Counted from the stretch's first letter, positions 1-5,377 are shown. The stretch: 8,601 nucleotides of DNA from Candidatus Altimarinota bacterium (GCA_041659405.1 JBAZYK010000018.1:1-8601); one strand, 5' to 3'. The notes: generated by a model not told the origin, from the sequence alone. Translations and numbers: made by a program.

Positions 1-1
1 A

Positions 2-229
2 GCCACAAAATCCGGAAAAATCACCGCAATCAATAATAAACTTATTTCCCGTTATGCCCGTCTTGCCGGAGCTCCAATCAATGTGGGAGCCGGCCTTTTC
101 ATCCACAAAAAAATCAGTGACACGGTTAAAAAAGGCGACGCGCTCTTCACTCTGTATGCCGAAAACAAAGAACGCCTGGCCAACACACTTGAATACGTGG
201 ATGCCAACGCCGTTTATACGATTAAATAA
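2..229 (+). CDS. 3' end of an AMP/pyrimidine-nucleoside phosphorylase (PYNP C-terminal domain), 5'-truncated by the window edge
   Basis: Frame 2 is open from the window edge to TAA at 227-229. It reads ATKSGKITAINNKLISRYARLAGAPINVGAGLFIHKKISDTVKKGDALFTLYAENKERLANTLEYVDANAVYTIK. This fits the C-terminal domain pattern of thymidine/AMP phosphorylases (G.I..I...I......GAG...G..L..K.GD.V..G..L..L). It is not in the ORF track because it has no in-window start; the track ORF 54..239 is a different frame. It ends 6 nt before the eIF-2B-family gene. Confidence 0.7.
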   Translation, partial: ATKSGKITAINNKLISRYARLAGAPINVGAGLFIHKKISDTVKKGDALFTLYAENKERLANTLEYVDANAVYTIK

Positions 230-235
230 ATTCTC

Positions 236-1165
236 ATGACCTATCAAGAAATCATTGAAGGCATCAAATCGCTTCAAATACAGGGAGCGGAAAAAATCGC
301 CGTCGCGGCGGTACAAGCTTTTGCGCTCAAATTAGAGGAAACTAAAAACATGTCAGAGCCAGATCACACCGCCACAGCCGCTAACCAAAGCACACCGTCC
401 GCCACCCGCGCCGCCATCCTTCAACAATCCTACCAAGAACTCGCCACCACCCGCGCCACCGAACCGGCGCTTAGAAACGCGCTCCGTTACTGTTTGCAAA
501 ACTATCAACAAAATCCGGATGTGACCAATTTTGTCATAAATTATTTTTCAGAATCCAAAAAGAAAATTGCTGAATTTGGCGCAAAAAAAATCCAAAATGG
601 CATGATTATTTTTACACATTGCCATTCTTCCACAGTTGAAGACATTTTGGCCGAAGCGCTCAAACAAGGCAAAAAATTCACCGTCTACAACACCGAAACC
701 AGACCAAAATTCCAGGGACGCATTACCGCTCAAAACATTGCCAAGCTGGGAATTCCGGTTGTGCATTTTGTGGATAGCGCAGCCCGCAACTTCATGAAAA
801 AAGCCGATCTATTTTTATTCGGTTGTGACGCGGTCAGCGCCGAAGGCAAAATTTACAATAAAATCGGTACAGCCATGATCGCCGATTATGCCCATCAAAA
901 TAATGTTCCTGCCTATTCCTGCACCAATTCCTGGAAGTTTGATCCGGAAACAATTAACGGCGCGGAAGAAATTATTGAAGAACGCGACTCAAAAGAAGTC
1001 TGGGATAATCCCCCACCGGGCGTAACCATCAAAAATCCCGCTTTCGAAATAGTAAATCCGGATATCGTCACAGGAATTATTACCGAACTTGGAATTTTCA
1101 AACCGGAAACCCTGGTGACAGAAGTTCAAAAAGCGTATCCTTGGCTGGTGGAAACTCAATTATAA
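236..1165 (+). CDS. eIF-2B alpha/beta/delta-family sugar-phosphate isomerase, most likely ribose-1,5-bisphosphate isomerase
   Basis: 309-aa ORF with family motifs THCHS, TETRPKFQGRITA, GIPVVHFVDSAARNFMKK, GCDAVSAEGKIYNKIGTA, NPAFEIV and GIITELGI. As I recall, its length and the Cys in THCHS and Asp in GCDA match the archaeal R15P isomerase better than the longer MtnA enzymes; I could not align it here. It sits directly downstream of a phosphorylase C-terminus, the classic AMP-pathway pairing. Confidence 0.8.
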   Translation: MTYQEIIEGIKSLQIQGAEKIAVAAVQAFALKLEETKNMSEPDHTATAANQSTPSATRAAILQQSYQELATTRATEPALRNALRYCLQNYQQNPDVTNFVINYFSESKKKIAEFGAKKIQNGMIIFTHCHSSTVEDILAEALKQGKKFTVYNTETRPKFQGRITAQNIAKLGIPVVHFVDSAARNFMKKADLFLFGCDAVSAEGKIYNKIGTAMIADYAHQNNVPAYSCTNSWKFDPETINGAEEIIEERDSKEVWDNPPPGVTIKNPAFEIVNPDIVTGIITELGIFKPETLVTEVQKAYPWLVETQL

Positions 1166-1222
1166 ATTCAAAATTATAATTTTATAATTCAATCCACAAT
1201 TTATAATTTATAATTTCTAATT
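1166..1222 (+). promoter_or_regulatory. AT-rich intergenic region with four TATAAT hexamers; probable promoter(s) for the deaminase gene
   Basis: TATAAT occurs at 1175-1180, 1183-1188, 1202-1207 and 1209-1214. The last is 8 nt from the GTG start at 1223. No clear -35 element and no Shine-Dalgarno motif. Confidence 0.35.
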
Positions 1223-1708
1223 GTGATAACTAAAACCGATTACAAATTCCTTCAACAACTCGATAAAATCGAACCAAAAGCACTCTGCTTGCGTGCCCAA
1301 ATTGCCTGCATGATCGTAAAAAACGGCAAAGTACTGGTTAAACACACAAATGACTGGATGAAAGGGTATCCCTGCTCCAAAATCGGCTGCATTCGTAACA
1401 TCTTAAAAATCCCTTCCGGCACCAAGCGCGAAATCTGTTATGGAATTTGCGCCGAACAATGGGCCCTTTCCATTGCGGCACAAAAAGGAATTTCGGTAAA
1501 AGGGGCAACCGCTTACGTCAGCAAACACCCATGCCGAATTTGTTCGAGCATGTTGGCAGTTGCCGGCATCAAACGTGTTGTTTATCAGGAAGGTTATCCG
1601 GACGTTTTGCCAAATTTTGATATCCTAAAAACCAGTGGAATCAAAGTGGAACAAGGCCCAAATACCGAATTCAAAGACCCACGAGTTCCAAAAAGCCACA
1701 CGATCTAA
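1223..1708 (+). CDS. cytidine/deoxycytidylate deaminase-fold zinc enzyme (dCMP deaminase / ComEB-like)
   Basis: 161-aa ORF with a GTG start; an in-frame TAA lies at 1211-1213, so GTG is the first canonical start. Zinc motifs are C-A-E (GICAEQWAL, Cys76/Glu78) and PCxxC (HPCRICSSM). The segment KGATAYVSKHPCRICSSMLAVAGIKRVVYQEGY closely follows the dCMP-deaminase pattern (GATLYVT.FPC..CA..I.QAGIKRVVY). Extra Cys residues (PCSKIGC...EICYG) resemble the second structural zinc site of ComEB-type enzymes. Confidence 0.75.
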   Translation: MITKTDYKFLQQLDKIEPKALCLRAQIACMIVKNGKVLVKHTNDWMKGYPCSKIGCIRNILKIPSGTKREICYGICAEQWALSIAAQKGISVKGATAYVSKHPCRICSSMLAVAGIKRVVYQEGYPDVLPNFDILKTSGIKVEQGPNTEFKDPRVPKSHTI

Positions 1709-3706
1709 TTACAAATCAAACTGATAAACTTTGCTTGCATCCAACAAGTATAGCTTTTTCGCCGTTGTATCAACATAAAAGTCACGAACATTGTCGATAC
1801 TGTCAAAAAGATACTGCTGGGCATAAACCAAACTTCCGGTATTAGGATCCTTATAATACGACATCACTCTATGAGTTGAAGGTTCCAAAACAAAAAGCTG
1901 ATTCATATCCGCGCTGGTCAAAACTTTTGTCGGAGCGGTTAACGGATTAATTGGCGGTTTTTTAATTACCAACTTCTGATTATTGCCACGGGCAAGTTTG
2001 AGCAATGTTCCATCAGTATTCAAAACATAAACATCACTATCAATCGCAAAAGAAATACCTTGCTTTAGATCACCATCAACATTGTATTTTTCGGCAGTAT
2101 CAAATTGATCACGCGTACGGGCATATTTCCAAATTTGATTATTGGCGGGATCCAAAATATAAATTCTATTCCCATAAGCCTGCACCACATTTCCTTTATG
2201 ATAAGCCCCTTCAGCCGCAGTTAAAGAAGAAATATGATTGTCTTTATATTCCAAAACGCGACCTTCCTTGGTAAAGAAAAGCAAAGAATCCTTATCACTA
2301 TAAACCGTAGCGCTTACAACACTATCGGTATCGTCAATTGTAAAAGGATCCTGAACCTTATCCAACAAAATAGGATAAAGAGCATTATATTCATAAGCAT
2401 ACAAAGTCCCTTTTGTCCCAAGCAATCCAAGAGCACTTACATTTTGGCGTTTGATAGCTAAATCAACCACAACTTTTGGCTGAACACGAGTAACACCATC
2501 CAATTTATCTCTTTCCTGTTTGATTGAGGTTAAAAGTTCATTTGCTCTGGACCTGCTATATCCGGAATTCAAAACGCCAACAGCTTTTTGTTCGGCATCG
2601 GTCAACATTTGTCCGGCCTTATCTTTATCGTATTGACCGGTTGTTTCAGCGGAAGCAATTGTCTCTTGAACGATGTTCAAAGTCGCATTAAATTTGCTGA
2701 TTTTGTCCTGTTCTTCAGCGTTACCACGCAACCACCAAACTCCAACCGTAAAGACCAAAACAATCACAATCAAAGCACCCATAATTTTATCTTTGGACCA
2801 ATTGCTTAAAAACATTTTCTGCAAGCCAACAGTTTCACCTCCATGCACAACACGTCCTCTTTCCGGCAAACGATTAAAATTGAAGCGGCCTAAACGACCT
2901 TTAAGGTCGCCGGCTAAAGACTTGATCTGTTTTCCAAAATCGGAAATCATCACATTCATTGATTTTCTGCGATCAACACCAGCCTCCGCAAACTCTTCCT
3001 CTTTTCTTAAATGAGCAACGACCTGGCCTTTTTCTTCAGTAGAAAGTTGTGGAGCCTGTTCGACCGCACACATACCAACAAAACCAATTCTGCCTAAAAC
3101 TTCGGTTGAAAGAAAATCCTTAAGTTCGCCAAGTGAAGCAATTAAGTTACGATTGGAAGCGATTTTTCCTAAATCGGTTTTAGTTAAATATCTAAGTAAC
3201 CTGGTCGAGCTCAACAAAACAAAATCACCAACTTCAAGAGTTCCACTGGCAATATTGGTAAAATAATCTTTTGACTCCGAATCTGCCAAGCCTTCACTCA
3301 CAATACTGCAAAAACGACGACGAACCATATAAGCCTCGGCATCGCCACATTGAGTAAGATATAAAGTTCCACCAACCACTGCCACAACCAACACATTCAA
3401 AGTCCCCAAAAAATTGGAAGGACTTTCTTTTTTTAATTGATCAAGAGCTTTATTAACAGATTTCACAGCTTCTTCAAAACGGCCATATGGATCTTTTTCC
3501 AAATCGGCATAAAAACTTTTTCGCACAGTATCAAAAATAACTTCCCCTATCGTTTCCGCCTGGGCCAGGTTATTCTGAATTTCGAGATTTATGAAAATCT
3601 TACCACTGTTTTCGCCTCCTTCACCAAGGTCATAAGCGTAATTCTCAACAAAACTACCTTCGTCCCTACCGACAAAAAGAAATTCATACTGTGTTCTTAT
3701 TGACAT
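1709..3706 (-). CDS. single-pass membrane protein: N-terminal PP2C-like (degenerate) domain, TM helix, helical linker, C-terminal beta-propeller-like repeats
   Basis: 665-aa ORF. Residues ~1-215 follow the PPM/PP2C fold pattern: FEEAVKSVNKALDQL, then GTLNVLVVAVVGGTLYLTQCGDAEAYMV, then GTLEVGDFVLLSSTRLL, then LGRIGFVGMCAV. The TM helix is IMGALIVIVLVFTVGVWWL (aa 308-326, nt 2729-2785), preceded by K/R-rich sequence, so the N-terminus is probably inside. Residues ~410-665 carry about six repeats of a hydrophobic strand, turn, strand: TLYAYEYNALYPIL, SLLFFTKEGRVLEY, RIYILDPANNQIWKY, DVYVLNTDGTLLKL, QLFVLEPSTHRVMSY, KLYLLDASKVYQF. Confidence 0.6.
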   Translation of the reverse strand: MSIRTQYEFLFVGRDEGSFVENYAYDLGEGGENSGKIFINLEIQNNLAQAETIGEVIFDTVRKSFYADLEKDPYGRFEEAVKSVNKALDQLKKESPSNFLGTLNVLVVAVVGGTLYLTQCGDAEAYMVRRRFCSIVSEGLADSESKDYFTNIASGTLEVGDFVLLSSTRLLRYLTKTDLGKIASNRNLIASLGELKDFLSTEVLGRIGFVGMCAVEQAPQLSTEEKGQVVAHLRKEEEFAEAGVDRRKSMNVMISDFGKQIKSLAGDLKGRLGRFNFNRLPERGRVVHGGETVGLQKMFLSNWSKDKIMGALIVIVLVFTVGVWWLRGNAEEQDKISKFNATLNIVQETIASAETTGQYDKDKAGQMLTDAEQKAVGVLNSGYSRSRANELLTSIKQERDKLDGVTRVQPKVVVDLAIKRQNVSALGLLGTKGTLYAYEYNALYPILLDKVQDPFTIDDTDSVVSATVYSDKDSLLFFTKEGRVLEYKDNHISSLTAAEGAYHKGNVVQAYGNRIYILDPANNQIWKYARTRDQFDTAEKYNVDGDLKQGISFAIDSDVYVLNTDGTLLKLARGNNQKLVIKKPPINPLTAPTKVLTSADMNQLFVLEPSTHRVMSYYKDPNTGSLVYAQQYLFDSIDNVRDFYVDTTAKKLYLLDASKVYQFDL

Positions 3707-3765
3707 GATGAAAGTGGTGAAAATTCTTCCTGAAAAAGATACAATAAAATTGTTTTTCCCGCAAT

Positions 3766-4401
3766 ATGAAAACGCTCATAATCGACAATTACGATTCATT
3801 CACTTACAACCTTTTCCAGTACGTTGCGGAACTTGAAGGCAAGCCGGTAGTTTTTAAAAATGACAAACTCGACTTGGCAAAAATAAAAGAACTTGGGCCA
3901 TCACATATTATTATTTCGCCGGGCCCCGGAACCGTGACCAATAAAAATGATTTTGGCATTTGCGAAGAAGTGATTTTAAAATTGGGACCAACAATCCCGA
4001 TTCTGGGAGTTTGCCTTGGACATCAGGGCATTGCGCACGCCTTTGGCGGCAAAATTGAACATGCGCCACAAATCATGCACGGCAAAACAAGTTTGATTGA
4101 ATATGCGCGCGACGCAAATGGACAAGCAGCTGAGCATGTGCGTGACGCAGTTGAACCAGCGCACCCTGGCATTTTTCAAAATATCCCAAATCCGTTTATA
4201 GCCATGCGTTATCATTCACTTATAGTATCGACTCAAAATTTTCCACCGGATTTAAAAATAACCGCGTGGACAAAAGAAAAACTCATCATGGGAATTCAAC
4301 ATAGAAAATTCCCGATTTTTGGTATACAATTTCATCCGGAATCTTTTGGAACCGCAGCCGGCAAAGATATCCTTAAAAATTTCCTTAACCTTACATCATG
4401 A
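3766..4401 (+). CDS. pabA: class-I glutamine amidotransferase, anthranilate/aminodeoxychorismate synthase component II (TrpG/PabA type)
   Basis: The 211-aa ORF is colinear with PabA/TrpG: MKTLIIDNYDSFTYNLFQYV, ISPGPG, GVCLGHQ (nucleophile Cys83), HGKTS, RYHSL, GIQFHPES (His190/Glu192). TrpG and PabA cannot be told apart from sequence alone. It contains an atypical ~20-aa insertion (see findings). Confidence 0.85.
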   Translation: MKTLIIDNYDSFTYNLFQYVAELEGKPVVFKNDKLDLAKIKELGPSHIIISPGPGTVTNKNDFGICEEVILKLGPTIPILGVCLGHQGIAHAFGGKIEHAPQIMHGKTSLIEYARDANGQAAEHVRDAVEPAHPGIFQNIPNPFIAMRYHSLIVSTQNFPPDLKITAWTKEKLIMGIQHRKFPIFGIQFHPESFGTAAGKDILKNFLNLTS

Positions 4402-4646
4402 AAAACGACCTTTTTATCAACGTTATAGTTAAAACTCTTATTGGAGCAATTTTAGGAATTGCCGCCGGATTTATTCTTGGTATCGTTATTTACGGATTTT
4501 CCACTTTAATCCCACTAATAATTCCTGGTACATTTAGTTCCCCTTCTGATGCCGGTGGAATTTTCCCAATATTTGGTATGTGCTTTGGAGCCCTTTTTGG
4601 CGCAATGTTTGGAGGCCACGCAGCCTTTGGGTCAGCTAAAAAATAA
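4398..4646 (+). CDS. small hydrophobic membrane protein with two glycine-zipper helices
   Basis: 82-aa ORF. Its ATG overlaps the amidotransferase TGA (ATGA at 4398-4401), which suggests translational coupling. Two predicted TM segments carry GxxxG ladders: GAILGIAAGFILGIVIYG and GMCFGALFGAMFGG. No family recognised. Confidence 0.55.
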   Translation: MKNDLFINVIVKTLIGAILGIAAGFILGIVIYGFSTLIPLIIPGTFSSPSDAGGIFPIFGMCFGALFGAMFGGHAAFGSAKK

Positions 4647-4674
4647 CACTTTAGGACTAAAGCAAACCTTGAAT

Positions 4675-4703
4675 TTGACATAAAAAGACAAGAAAGGTAT
4701 GCT
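4675..4703 (+). promoter_or_regulatory. sigma70-type promoter candidate (TTGACA-17 nt-TATGCT) upstream of the rpmH operon
   Basis: A perfect -35 TTGACA lies at 4675-4680, followed by an exactly 17-nt spacer and a -10 TATGCT at 4698-4703. It sits in the 224-nt gap between the small membrane gene and rpmH. The predicted start near 4710 would give a ~160-nt leader containing hairpin element copy 1. Confidence 0.5.
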
Positions 4704-4762
4704 CTCACAGCCGAAACTAGGGAAACCGACCAAACAAATAAGTACAACTTAGTAAATAATCA

Positions 4763-4843
4763 GTGTTCAGTTTGAGGAATGTTGGCTGAACACATCCGCC
4801 GTTGCGCCCTGTGTATCCAGACAATATTCCTCAAACTGAACAC
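4763..4843 (+). repeat. long-hairpin element, copy 1 (22-bp outer stem, conserved internal loop); candidate structured RNA or REP/MITE-like element
   Basis: 4763-4784 (GTGTTCAGTTTGAGGAATGTTG) pairs with 4822-4843 (CAATATTCCTCAAACTGAACAC). That is 21 Watson-Crick pairs plus one G-U (G4781-T4825). An inner helix ACACA (4790-4794) / TGTGT (4810-4814) is possible. It is homologous to 6661-6740. Confidence 0.7.
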
Positions 4844-4870
4844 ACCCATATAATCACTAATTGAACCCCG

Positions 4871-5023
4871 ATGCTTACCAAGCTAAAAAGAAGCAAACAC
4901 GCTAAAACTCATGGATTTCTTACCCGCATGTCAACCGCCGGCGGACGCAAAGTAATAAGTCGTCGTCGCGCCAAGGGTCGTCATCGCCTTACTGTAAGCG
5001 ACGTTCGCTACAAAGGGGTCTAA
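4871..5023 (+). CDS. rpmH: 50S ribosomal protein L34
   Basis: 50-aa ORF, below the ORF-track cutoff: [50 protein letters not shown]. It carries the L34 signature (HGF..RM.T..GR.V...RR.KGR..LTV). It lies directly upstream of rnpA in the conserved rpmH-rnpA-yidC-jag order. Confidence 0.9.
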   Translation: MLTKLKRSKHAKTHGFLTRMSTAGGRKVISRRRAKGRHRLTVSDVRYKGV

Positions 5024-5035
5024 GCGGATCTTTTT

Positions 5036-5368
5036 ATGATTCCGAAAAGTCAACGTCTATCCCGCAACAGCATCCAATACCTTTTGAAAAAAGGGAAAAA
5101 ATTGGTGAGCAAAGCCTTCACTCTGAAATTTCTGCCAACGACAGGACTAAAAAGTAGGTTTTGTGTTGTAATAAGCGCAAAAACCGCCCCACTGGCAGTA
5201 ACAAGAAACCTGATCCGCCGCAGAATCTACGAAGCTTTACGTTTACAAAACCATCTTTTAGCAAAACCGCACGACATCATTATCATTACTAACAAAAAGA
5301 TTCTGGATCTTAGCTATAATGAAATCGAACAAACGCTCAAAGAAATTTTCAATTCTTCAAAAACATAA
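5036..5368 (+). CDS. rnpA: ribonuclease P protein component
   Basis: 110-aa basic protein with the RNR-type motif (LAVTRNLIRRRIYEALR). Position between rpmH and yidC. Confidence 0.85.
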   Translation: MIPKSQRLSRNSIQYLLKKGKKLVSKAFTLKFLPTTGLKSRFCVVISAKTAPLAVTRNLIRRRIYEALRLQNHLLAKPHDIIIITNKKILDLSYNEIEQTLKEIFNSSKT

Positions 5369-5377
5369 AAATCCACC

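Noticed and set aside
54-239. Track ORF of 61 aa on the + strand (MPVLPELQSMWEPAFSS...).
   Set aside because: It is out of frame with the much more convincing frame-2 reading (2..229), which encodes a recognisable phosphorylase C-terminal domain. The 61-aa product has no recognisable features and runs into the next gene's start.
340-470. GC-richer Thr/Ala/Pro-rich stretch (SEPDHTATAANQSTPSATRAA) in the isomerase N-terminus, as a possible insertion.
   Set aside because: The overall N-terminal length up to the THCHS motif is about the same as I recall for archaeal R15P isomerases. It looks like a divergent helical segment rather than an insertion. An alignment would be needed to say more.
1186-1200. 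DnaA-box/oriC search prompted by rpmH synteny, for example CAATCCACA near 1190 and TGTGTATCC in the hairpin.
   Set aside because: The best candidates match TTATCCACA at only about 7 of 9 positions. They are isolated and not clustered, so there is no support for an origin in this window.
4649-4662. Small hairpin CTTTAGGACTAAAG just after the small membrane gene, as a possible terminator.
   Set aside because: The stem is only 5-6 A/T-rich base pairs with a minimal loop and no following T-run, too weak to call.
4779-4853. Mini-ORFs starting ATGTTGGCTGA (MLAEH...) inside both hairpin copies: 4779..4853, and 6676..6756 in copy 2.
   Set aside because: Only the first five codons are shared, because that DNA is the conserved loop-proximal stem. 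The downstream peptides (IRRCALCIQTIFLKLNTPI versus SRGRGPVCEDNISELNITYNL) are unrelated. Conservation follows base-pairing, not amino acids.
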